In this document: positions 26,925-37,568 of the stretch, one piece after another
How positions within the stretch are numbered: position 1 is the first letter of the stretch
Layout: each line of letters begins with the position of its first letter
Made by a program: the position numbers and the translations under genes
The notes under the pieces: model-generated
The model's input: only the letters and a program-made list of their open reading frames with translations
Told to the model about the DNA's origin: nothing
Databases searched by the model: none
Assembly (NCBI GenBank): GCA_030390025.1
Contig: CM059432.1
Span: forward strand, 141,424,001-141,488,000
Length of the DNA: 64,000 bases
Source of the DNA: Squalus acanthias
Lineage: Eukaryota
Reading direction: 5' to 3'

Positions 26925-27640
26925 GTGGCACGGAACAGAGAGACCTGGGGGTTCATGTACACAAATCTTTTGAAGGTGGCAGGTCAAGTTGATAAAGCTG
27001 TTAGAAAAACATACGGGATCCTTGGCTTTAGAAACAGAGGCACAGGGTACAAAAGCAAGGAAGTTATGCTAGTTTTTATAAATCGCTGGTTAGGCCTCAG
27101 CTGGAATATTTGTGTTTAATTCTGGGCACCACACTTTAGGAAGGACGTCACGGTCTTGGAGAGGGTGCAGAAGAGATTTACCAGAATCGTACCAGGGATG
27201 AGGAACTTCAGTTGTGTGGAGAGACTGGAGAAGCTGGGGTTGTTCGCCTTAGAGCAGAGAAAGTTAAGGGGAGATTTAATAGATTCAAAATTATGAGGGG
27301 TTTCTCTAGAGTAAATAAAGAGAAACTGTTTCCATTGGCAGGAGGGTCGATAACCAGAGGACACAGATTTAAGGTAAAAGAACCAGAGGGGGAGATGAGA
27401 ACGTTTTTTACTCAGCGAGTTGTTGTGATCTGGAATTCACTGCCTGAAAGGGCGGTGGAAGCAGATTCAATAGTAACTTTCAAAAGGGAATTGGATAAAT
27501 ACTTGAAAGGGAAAAATTTGCAGGGCTGTGGGGAAAGAGCGAGGGGAGTGAGACTAATTGGATAGCTCTACCAAAGAGCCGGCACAGGTACGATGGGCCG
27601 AATGGCCTCCTTCTGTGCTGTAAGTTTCTATGATTCTATA
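26925..27640 (+). mobile_element. CR1 LINE 3' portion, degenerate
   Basis: CR1 ORF2 C-terminal peptides; TTCTATGATTCTAT tail. Confidence 0.9.
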
Positions 27641-27739
27641 ATAGAGAGTTCATTTTGGATAGCAGGGCACAGGACCAATTATTTCCATCTGTTCCTTTTA
27701 ACAGATGGAAGATCAAGGGCTGTGTTCCCCGTAATCTCC

Positions 27740-28020
27740 AAAGAAAGAAAGAATAAAGAGAGCGTTGCATTTCTATAGCGCCTTTCACGCTCTCAGGACA
27801 TCCCAAAGTGCTTTACAGCCAACGAAGTGCTTTCTGTTGCAATGCAGGAAACGCGGCAGCCAATCCGCGCACAGCAAGATCCCACAAACAGCAATGTGAT
27901 CATGACCAGCTCGTCTGGTTTTTCTTTTAGCGATGTTGGTTGAGGGATAAATAGTGGGCCCAGGACACCGGGGAGAACTCCCCTGCTCTTCTTCGGAAAT
28001 AGTGCCGTGGGATGCGCTCC
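27740..28020 (-). mobile_element. Deu-domain SINE 3' half
   Basis: Reverse complement of the 22650-22940 sequence. Confidence 0.8.
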
Positions 28021-28629
28021 CTGTGAGTAGCATTCTCCACTGGAAAACAGGGAATCGCGGAAACACCCAGTAGCTGTTCTGCTCATTGCATCTGTGCTCC
28101 AATCTGAAGGTAGCTAAACGTGTCTACTCGGTGGAGCTCTATTTCCACAGGGATTCCAGCCATCCCCGACTGTAACTCTGGAATTTCCAAAAGTTTCATT
28201 GGTTTTACAGGAAGTTCATACGTCAATTGTCACACCTATTGGTGCACTTACCTGGAAGGGGGTGCGGGGGGGCGGTCAGAGCTGTTGAATTCAGATCGCT
28301 TCAGTTTCTAATAACCCTGTCTGATTGCCAATGAAATTGGAAGCAAGCTAACCTCTTATTGTGCAGTGTACTCCAGCCAAACTCCAGAGGCTGAATCAGT
28401 GCCAATGTCAACCAGACCCACCTCAGGCACAATCATAATTTATGAAAGAGACACTCGCCTGTGTGAGATGACAGTTTCCACTTCTATTCTCGGATCCAAA
28501 CCCACACTGAGGGTCTCCAGCATTAATTGGGGCAGATCCAGTCATCTGCATTTCGTATTTGCATTAGATTAGTATTAAAGTCTCTCAGTATAACGTAGGC
28601 ATAATCACCTTCACCCTTGAAGTTCATGT

Positions 28630-29692
28630 AAAGAACGATTTGCATTTCTACAGCGCCTTTCACCACCTCAGGACGTCCCAAAGCGCTTTACAGTCAATGA
28701 AATACTTTTGAAGTGTAGTCACTGTTGTAATGTAGGAAAACGTCGCAGCCAATTTGCACACAGCAAGGTCCCACAAACTTCTCTTCTTAGGCAGTCCCTC
28801 GGAACCGAGGATGACTTGCTTCCACACTAAAAATGAGTTCTCAGGTGACTGATGAGTCCAATGCGGGACCTACAGTCTCTGTCACAGGTGGGGCAGACAG
28901 TGGTTGAAGGGGCGGGTGGGTGGGGTGCTTGGGTTGACGTGCGGTCCTTGCGCTGCTTGCGCTTGGCTTCTGCTTGCTCCCGGCGAAGAGACTCGAGGTG
29001 TTCGGCGCCTTCCCGGATGCTTCTCCTCCACTTTGTGCGGTCTTGGGCCAGGGATTCCCAGGTGTCAGTGGGGATGTTACACTTTTTCAAGGAGGCTTTG
29101 AGGGTGTCCTTGAAGCGTTTCCTCTGCCCACCTGGGGCAACGTGGCAGCCAATCTGCGCGCAGCAAGCTCCCACAAACAGCAATGTGATAATGATCAGAT
29201 TATCTGTTTTAGTGATGTTGGTTAAGGGATAAATGTTGTCCAGGACACCGGGGAGAACTCCCCTGCTCTTCTTTGAAATAATGCTTTTACATCCACCCGA
29301 GAGGGTAGACGGCACCTCCGACAGTGCGGCACTCCCTCAGTACCGCACTGAAGTGTCAACAAGGATTTGCATTTATATAGCACCTTTAACGTAGTGAAAC
29401 ATCCCAAGGCGCTTCACAGGAGCGATTATCAAACAAGATTTGACACCGAGCCACATAAGGAGATATTAGGACAGGTTAGACAAAAGCTTGGTTAAAGAGG
29501 TAGATTTTAAGCAGTGTCTTAAAGGAGGAGATGTTTAGGGAGGGAAATCCAGAGCTTAGGGCCCAGCCGCCAATGGTGGAGCAATTAAAATCAGTCAGCC
29601 TAGATTATGTGCTTAGGTCGCTGGGGACAGGACTTGAACCCACAACCTTCTGACTCAGAGGTGAGATACTACCCACTGAGCCACGGCTGACA
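28630..29692 (-). mobile_element. Deu-domain SINE interrupted by RTE (28779-29138) and L2 (~29360-29592) fragments
   Basis: SINE tail at 28630, body at 29140-29355, tRNA head (CCCACTGAGCCACGGCTGACAC) at 29670-29692. Confidence 0.75.
28779..29138 (-). mobile_element. RTE LINE 3' fragment
   Basis: GGQRKRFKDTLK...CPTCDRDCRSRIGLISHLRTH C-terminal zinc finger; (AAG)-type tail. Confidence 0.88.
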
Positions 29693-29926
29693 CCCCAATA
29701 GCAAGCAGTTTGTGTTTCTTCAACAACATAGTGCAAAATGTACTTTAATAAAATGTATGGTACTTCTTTCAATATTCACAAGATTGATTTTCCGTAATTG
29801 TGGATTAATATTATAGACAAGAGTGGTCATTAAATGTTGGGCAAATTAAAAATGTGAAAGTATCTCTTGGTGTCAGTATCACACTTTGGAAAGGATAAAT
29901 TTAATACAAATTGTAGAGGCTTGTAG

Positions 29927-30077
29927 GTGGGATATCAAAGAGTGACTGTCCCTGGTGGGGGTTTATGTGGGGATTGTATTATTGAATCGGGGGATGTGTT
30001 TATCATTAAAGATCTGGAGTTTACCTACGAAGGCCAAATGCTGTTCTTCATTAAAAGAAAATCAAAAGCTAAAAGGT
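29927..30077 (+). CDS. Candidate host-gene exon (VGYQRVTVPGGGLCGDCIIESGDVFIIKDLEFTYEGQMLFFIKRKSKAKR)
   Basis: TAG acceptor with weak pyrimidine tract, GTAAGT donor at 30078, open frame, AT-rich flank. Confidence 0.25.
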
Positions 30078-30530
30078 GTAAGTTAAATCCATCGCATCTG
30101 ACAGTAATTACCTGGAAAGAATGTCGAATTAACTGTAGCCAATGCTCCAAAAGTTCCCGACAGCCACAAGTTGAAGTCAAGCGTGTTTCTACACGTAGAG
30201 GGCTCATTCCAAAGAGGGTTTTGTGTCAAAAACGATCACGTGCAAAGCCTGGGCAGTGAATGTCACCAGATCGTTCAACTGTCCACGGCAACATCTCAAA
30301 GCCCAACTCGCCCCCTCACTGACATTCACATCAGCAGAGGTCACTGATAGCGATCAGGAGCACGAACCCTGGTATTTTAATTTCCCCTTCAATAACCTTG
30401 CAGCCGTGAGGCCCAAACTTTAATGGGCTTATTATTGTTTCAGCACATTTTGGAGATTTAACCTGTAAAGTTCCCCATCTGTATGATGCAATCTCACACT
30501 TCAAAAAGCATTTACCTACAAAGCCAATTT

Positions 30531-31425
30531 TTCCTCCTCCCCACCTCCCTCCTTCACCTCCTTCCTCTTCCTCCACCACCATCCTCCTCCTCCCCTACCT
30601 CCCTCCTTCACCTCCTTCCTCTCCCTCCACCACCCTCCTCCTCCTCCCCTACCTCCCTCTTTCACCTCCTTCCTCTTCCTCCACCACCCTCCTCCTCCTC
30701 CCCTACCTCCCTCCTTCACCTCCTTCCTCTTCCTCCACCACCCTCCTCCTCCTCCCCTACCTCCCTCCTTCACCTCCTTCCTCTACCACCCTCCTCCTCC
30801 TCCCCTACCTCCCTCCTTCACCTCCTTCCTCTTCCTCCACCACCCTCCTCCTCCTCCCCTACCTCCCTCCTTCCTCTTCCTCCACCACCCTCCTCCTCCT
30901 CCCCTACCTCCCTCCTTCACCTCCTTCCTCTTCCTCCACCACCCTCCTCCTCCTCCCCTACCTCCCTCTTTCACCTCCTTCCTCTTCCTCCACCACCCTT
31001 CTCCTCCTCCTCCCCTACCTCCCTCCTCTACCTCCTTCCTCCTCCACCACCCTCCTCCTCCTCCCCTACCTCCCTCCTTCCCCTCCTTCCTCTCCCTCCA
31101 CCACCCTCCTCCTCCTCCCCTACCTCCCTCCTCTACCTCCTTCCTCCTCCACCACCCTCCTCCTTCTTCTTCACCTCCATCCTCTCCCTCCACCTCCCTC
31201 TTCCTCCTCATCCTCCTCCCTCCACATTCCTCCATCTCCATCCTCCACCTCCTCCCCACCTCCCTCTTCCTCCTCATCCTCCTCCCTCGTCTCCTCCTTC
31301 CTCCACCTTCCTCCACCTCCTCCTCCATTCCTATCCTTCCTCCTCCTCCCCCATTCCTATCCTTCCACCTCCTTCCTCCTCCCTTCCTCTCCTTCCACCT
31401 TCCTCCTCCTTCCTCGCCACCACCT
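30531..31425. repeat. Homopyrimidine minisatellite (~54-bp unit) decaying into (CCT)n low-complexity sequence
   Basis: Repeated CCTCCTCCTCCTCCCCTACCTCCCTCCTTCACCTCCTTCCTCTTCCTCCACCAC. Confidence 0.95.
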
Positions 31426-31830
31426 CCGTGTGGTGAAGGTACTCCCACAGTGCTGTTATGGAGGGAGTTCCAGGATTTTGACCCAGTGACGATGAAGGAA
31501 CGGCGCTATATTTCCAGGTCAGGATGGTGTGTGACTTGGAGGGGAACTTGGAGGTGGTGGTGTTCTCATGCGCCTGCTGCCCTTGTCCTGAGGTTGGGGG
31601 TTTGGGAGGTGCTGCCGAAGAAGCCTTGGCGAGTTGCTGCAGTGCATCTTGTAGATGGTACACACTGCAGACACAGTACGCCGGTGGTGGAGGGAGTGAA
31701 TGTTTAAGGTGGTGAATGGGGTGCCAATCAAGCGGGCTGCTTTGTCCTGGATGGTGTCGAGCTGCTTGAATGTTGTTGGAGCTGCACTCATCCAGGCAAG
31801 TGGAGAGTATTCCATCACACTCCTGACTTC
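31426..31830 (-). mobile_element. 3' fragment of the LINE family at 37569-40860
   Basis: Translates as MEYSPLAWMSAAPTTFKQLDTIQDKAARLIG. Confidence 0.9.
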
Positions 31831-32404
31831 ATTGGCTGTATGACTTCTTTTCCTTTAGGGTGAGTTACACATCCCAGCTGCACGGCTGTAGTGGGCTATC
31901 AGTCAAAGGCCCAACCACCTTCCCACAGAGAAACGTAAAATCGAAGGACAGAGTCATTTCTGAGCTGCTGTCATGTCCCTCTTGGCAGAGACAAGTCAAC
32001 TGCCTGTTGTCTTCACCTCAGGATTTGCATGGCCCAGGGATGAGAGAGAGAGAGAGGAGAGAGGAAAAGAGGAATGATCTTCATCTCACCCTGGCTAATC
32101 ACAGAAGTGGAACGACATTGGGGAGCAATTTTAACCTAACCCCACCCCCCCCCCCAACCGGGATCGGGAAACTGGCAGGATTGGGAGCGACGCTGGTTTT
32201 ACACCCCGCCCAATTTTACTCTCCATTGAAGCCAATATGGGGCGGGAAGTGAAACCGACGTTCTCACTCCCGATCCCATGGGATTCCTGCCTCGACCTTG
32301 GGTGTCACTGGGCTATGTTATTGTGTGTGGGGGGCCTGGGCAGCTGAGGCAAATCCTCCCCTGTGCACACGAATTAGGTTCAAAGTGCCCCCATTGCTTT
32401 ATGT

Positions 32405-33105
32405 CAATGTTCTCAAACTAGGGTCTGTGGACCCCTGGGGGTCCGTAGAGACATTCCAGGGGGTCCGCGACCGGAGGTCATTTCAAGCCTGCTCCTCTTT
32501 ATAAAACCGACACCGATTCAGTTCTTGCGAATTATTCTCAACGGCTGGGCCCGGCTCCTCACAGAGGCCCACAGCTCTCTGTCACTGTGCAACGAGCGCT
32601 CCCTGCCGGTCGAGCCGATTCCTCTCCCTGGCGTCGCGACCCGACACGTGATCAGAGCGCCTGCGGGGCCCTTCAAACACGTGCCTGAACGTGTTCACGC
32701 AAACACGCACAATCCCACGGTGCAGCTGTTACAGAACATGCCAGTGGGGACAGTATGGCGGTGAGTCGCGCTTCCAGCAGCACCCCAGCATGTGAATGGG
32801 TGCTCGTGCCCTCACTCACCTTGGCCAGCCTGCTGACGGCTTTAAAAATTGTCCAGCACTAAGTGGCTAATCGTGACCATCTGTTCCTGCGGAGTGCCCA
32901 GAATAGGTGTGAGAAGCAGGAACACCCATCGCACTGATATCTGTAAGTAAATACCTGTTTTCGTAAAAGCACTATTAAAACACTCTTTACATGCAGCACT
33001 TTCATATATTGATTATTATATAGTATTATAATTTAGATGGGGGTCCGTGATTACTAATCCATTTGAAAAGGGGTCCTTCAACCAAAAAAAGTTTGAGACC
33101 CACTG
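32405..33105. mobile_element. Non-autonomous hAT (Charlie-like) DNA transposon
   Basis: Ends CAATGTTCTCAAACT / AGTTTGAGACCCACTG; subterminal GGGGTCC motifs; imperfect 8-bp TSD CTTTATGT / CTTTAGAT. Confidence 0.7.
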
Positions 33106-33502
33106 CTTTAGATCGCTATGCTGACACACTATGCCACTCAGTTCCATAAATGGGCTTAAGATTAAGAAATCCCAGCAAGGTTTGTCTAAAAATGAACCTG
33201 TATTTAATAAACCCAGTACCGTGTTTAGCAAATCAGTGCAAGATGGAGCAGACGCCAGACTTAAATTTAGTAGCACCTGCAGCTGTCTAGGAATAGCCGT
33301 GCCTCCCATACACTTCAAGAGCTCAGATTGTACCACAACAGCAAGTTTGATGACAAGCACCATAAATTAGACCATGGCATGCCCCGATCCTCCAACAGCC
33401 AGTCAACGCCAAATGTTGCTGGAAAACTGATTTGAATGTGCCACAGCGAGGGTCGTGGTGAGTCAGAAGTGACGCAGCCGCCGACAGGTAAAGGAAACAA
33501 AA

Positions 33503-33890
33503 GGCAAAATACAGCGGACGCTGGAAATCTGAAATTAAAAAAACCCAGAAAATGCTGGAAACACTCAGCAGGTCAGGCAGCATCCGTGGAGAGAGGAAAC
33601 AGAGTTGGACGTTTCAGGTCGATGATCTTCCGTCAGAACTGGAAGATGTTAGAGATTGAGCAGGTTTATAAGCAAGTGCGGAGGCAGAGAAAAGGGGGGA
33701 GGGAAAGAACAAAAGGGAAGGTCTATGATTCGGGTGGAGGGTAGGAGCGATTAAAATGACGAAAGGGATGAGGGCGCAAGGCAAAAGGAGATGGTAATGG
33801 GACAAGTAAAGAAACAAAAGATGGATCATGGGGAGGTGTAAATGGTTACAGCAGAACCATTGCCAGCACCCGCTGTCTGGAAAAAATGGA
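33503..33890 (-). mobile_element. Penelope-like element terminal region with a degenerate hammerhead motif
   Basis: Same family as 24560; minus strand reads CTGACGG-AAGATC-ATC-GACCT-GAAAC-GTC. Confidence 0.65.
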
Positions 33891-34219
33891 AAAGGTATTT
33901 AGTTTTATGGAAGGGGATCGATAGCAGCCATTTTCATTTTTCTTCAAATGGACTTGATTTAAAAAAAAATCATTTACGCAGATTTATATTGAAGCAGAAT
34001 CTACAGGTTTACGTTGGAACGAATTGATTACCGGGTCCATTTTTTTTTGTTGAAAAGCTACTTTTTTGCATTATTGGAAGCATTCTGGCTATGTCTGTGT
34101 TGGTGGGGGCGGGGCAAGCTTTCAGGAAAGGGCTGCCCCCTACTTCCACAATTCGAGGTGGAGTCCGTGCATTACCTGTGTCAACTGGCATATATTCTAA
34201 AAGTGTTTCAGCCAAAAAA

Positions 34220-35227
34220 TCACATGGAATGTACAGCACAGCAACAGCCCATTCGGCCCAACTGGTCCTATGCCGGTGTTTATGCTCCACACGAGCCTCC
34301 TCCCACCCCTCTTCATCGAACCCTATCAGCGTATCCTTCTATTGCTTACTCCCTCATGTGTTTATCTAGATTCCCCTTAAATGCATCTACGCTATTCGCC
34401 TCAACCACTCCATGTGGTAGCGAGTTCCGCATTCTCACCACTCTCTGGGTAAAGAAGTTTCTCCTGAATTCCCTATTGGATTTATTAGTGACTGTCTTAT
34501 ATTTATGACCCTTAGTTTTCGTTCCTCCCCCCACCCCCACAAGTGGAAACATCTTCTCTACGTCTACCCTATCGAGCCCCTTCATTATTTTAAAGACCTC
34601 TATCGGGTCGCCCCCCTCCTCAGCCTTCTCGTTTCTAGAGAAAAGAGCCCCAGCCAGTTCAGTCTTTCCTGATAGTTATAACCTCTCAGTTCTGGTATTA
34701 CACAGGATATATGGCACAGAAACAGGCCATTCGGCCCAACCAGTCCATGCCGGCATTTATGCTCCACTCGAGCCTCCTGCCATCTTTCCCCATCTAACTA
34801 TCGGCATAACCCTCTATTCCCTTCTCCCTCATATGCTTGTCTAATCGCCCCTTAAATGCATCTATACTATTCGCTTCAACCACTCCCTGTGGTAGCGAGT
34901 TCCACATTCTCCCCACTCTCTGGGTAAAGAAGTTTCTCCTGAATTCCCTATTTGATTTCTTGGTGACTTATCCTATGTTGATGGCCTCTAGTTATGCTCT
35001 TCCCCACAAGTGGAAACATTCTCTCTGTATCCACTCTATCAAAACCTTTCATGAACTTAAAGACCTCTATTAGGTCTCCCCTCAGCCTTCTTTTTTTCAA
35101 GCGAAAAGAGACCCAGCCTGTCCATCCTTTCCTGATAGGTTTACCCTCGCATTTCTGGTATCATCCTTGTAGATCTTCTCTGCACCCTCTCCAGTGCCTC
35201 TATATCCTTTTTATAATATGGCGACCG
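34220..35227 (-). mobile_element. Two tandem CR1 3' fragments (34220-34698 and 34700-35227)
   Basis: Translates as KGLDRVDVEKMFPL...FFTQRVVRMRNSLP; both pieces begin with a CR1 3' UTR. Confidence 0.85.
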
Positions 35228-35844
35228 GAATCGCTTTCCTTCTGTTAAACAATAGCCTCCTGTGGCCCATTGACACAAGCAGCCCATTAAACTCCACCAA
35301 TGGCCTTTATTGTCCTTGTAAATCTTTTTGTAGGGTGGGAGAACTACATTTAGCTACAGAAGGGTTCTGATACCGACAGAGATCATTCTGCCTGATGGAA
35401 ACGCAAAGAAATGAAATAAAAATGAGGATAAGTGAGGAGCAGTTTTCAGATTTAGAATGTGCGCAATCAACAATATTTTAAAGGTGATTGCAGCAGACTG
35501 CCAGAATTCCGCGCTTGGTGGGAAACGTTGTTATGCATAGGTTTTCCTGTGATCGACACCTCACTCAGAGAGTGGAGCCAAAAATCAGGCTGTTACTTCC
35601 TTTATTTACACAAGGAGTACCACCTAGGTCTTGACACAGTACTGGAGTTTAGAAAAATATTGTTGGTTATGCTTGGAATAATATTTTATCCTTGGTTGAT
35701 GCAAAAATTAATAGTATGGAGATGGAGCCCGCACCCCAGGGAGCCAGTGGTGTATAAAGAAATATAGTTATATTGCTTTATAAATTACAAAGATGAATTC
35801 TCCACAATGCTTAGGAGATAGGCAGGAGGCGATGTGGATTTTCG

Positions 35845-36305
35845 TCCACTCATCGCCCCTGTGCTCGCTGACCTCTCGCTGACCTACACTGGCTCCCAGT
35901 CCAGCAATGCCTCAATTTAAAAATTCTTATCCTTGTTTTCAAATCCCTCCATGGCCTCGCCCCCTCTCTATCTCTGGAACCTCCTCCAGCCGTACAACCC
36001 TCCGAGATATCTGCGCTCCTCCAATTCGGGCCTCTTGAGCATCCCCGATTTCCATGGCTCCACCATTGGCGGCCGTACCTTCAGCTGCCTGGGCTCTAAG
36101 CTCTGGAATTCCCTTCTCTAAACCACTCCACCTCTCTCTCTTCTAAGACGCTCTTTAAAACCTACTTCATTGAACAAGCTTTTGGTCATCTGTCCGAATA
36201 TCTCCTGATGTGTCCCCGGTGTCAAATTTTGTTTGATAACACTCCTGTGAAGTGCCTTGGGATGTTTTACTACGTTAAAGGTGCTATATAAATACACGTT
36301 GTTGT
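35845..36305 (+). mobile_element. L2 LINE 3' fragment
   Basis: Translates as LLQPYNPPRYLRSSNSGLL...GGRTFSCLGSKLWNSL; GTTGTTG tail. Confidence 0.85.
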
Positions 36306-36612
36306 ACCAAAATGAAGAGCTCCATACTGATATTGTCCAAGGGCAGGCCTATTTATACATATCTAGCAAACTCTGAGCATGAATGACGCCTGTCGCTGGG
36401 AGATCGCTGTTTGGCAGAGGTGCAATATCTAGTTCTGTTCCAGGGTTTGAAAGGCCTGACAAATGTCAATTCAATGAGGCTCATGAAAGATCAAGCCCCT
36501 AGAGTGCATTTGAAGATGCCAGCAAGCAGGTCGTTGGGCTAGAGGGCACGGAGAAATGGAGGAGGGTGAAGGTGATGGTCTACCCGCAGCCCAGGGCCGT
36601 TACCATCCTGCT

Positions 36613-37245
36613 CATAGAATCATAGAATGATACAGCACAGGAAAAGGCCATTCGGCCCATCGTGCCTGTGCCGGCTCTTTGAAAGAGCTAACTAATTAGT
36701 CCCACTCCCCCTGCTCTTTCCCCATCGCCCTGCAAATTTTTCCCTTTCAAGTAGTTGTCCAATTCCCTTGCGCAAGTTATTATTGAATTTGCTTCAACCG
36801 CCCTTTCAGGCAGCGCATTCCAGATCACAACAACTCACTGCGTCAAAAAAGTTCTCCTCTCCCCCTCTGGTTCTTTTACCTTAAATCTGTGTCCTCTGGT
36901 TATCGACCCTTCTGCCAATGGAAACAGTTTCTCTTTATTTACTCCAGAAAAAAATCCTCATAATTTTGAATCTATTAAATCTCCCCTTAACTTTCTCTGC
37001 TCCAAGGAGAACAATCCCTGCTTCTCCAGTCTCTCCACATAACTGAAGTCCCTCATCCCTGGTACCATTCTGGTAAATCTCCCCTTGACCTTCTCTACTC
37101 CAAGGAGAACAATCCCAGTTACTCCAGTCTCTCCACATAACTGAAGTCCCTCATCCCTGGTACGATTCTGGTAAATCTCTTCTGCACCCTATCCAAGGCC
37201 TTGATGTTCTTCCTAATGTGCGCTGCACAGAACTGGACACAATAG
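36613..37245 (-). mobile_element. CR1 3' fragment with an internal ~98-bp tandem duplication
   Basis: CATAGAATCATAGAA tail; CTCCAAGGAGAACAATCCC...GGTAAATCTC block present twice (~37000 and ~37098). Confidence 0.88.
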
Positions 37246-37568
37246 TGGCTTAAATGACAGAATTGATGACAGTTCAGGTTATGCCGCATTATCCCATTAT
37301 TTTCACGAATCCACCACTCTGGGGGGTGGGAGGGAGGGGGCAGGATTGGTGTATCTTCTGCTACCCCCTTCCACCGGAATCTAGAAGTGGCGGAACTCTG
37401 CTGTAACTCCCACTCCAGACCCTGACCCTGCCCTCTGCCAGATACCCGCCATTCTTGCCCCAAGCCGATTGCGGAATTTCTAGGCTTTCATCTTCGAATC
37501 CCTCCGTGGCCCCACACTGAACCTTTATTACCTGCAACCCCTTGACTACAAAGCAGAATACAAGCAAA

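Noticed and set aside
30483..31448. 317-aa Pro/Ser-rich and 221-aa Gly/Arg-rich ORFs
   Set aside because: Translations of a low-complexity minisatellite.
33016..33370. Overlapping 115-aa (minus) and 79-aa (plus) ORFs in unique sequence
   Set aside because: No convincing splice sites or homology; the minus ORF runs into the hAT terminus.
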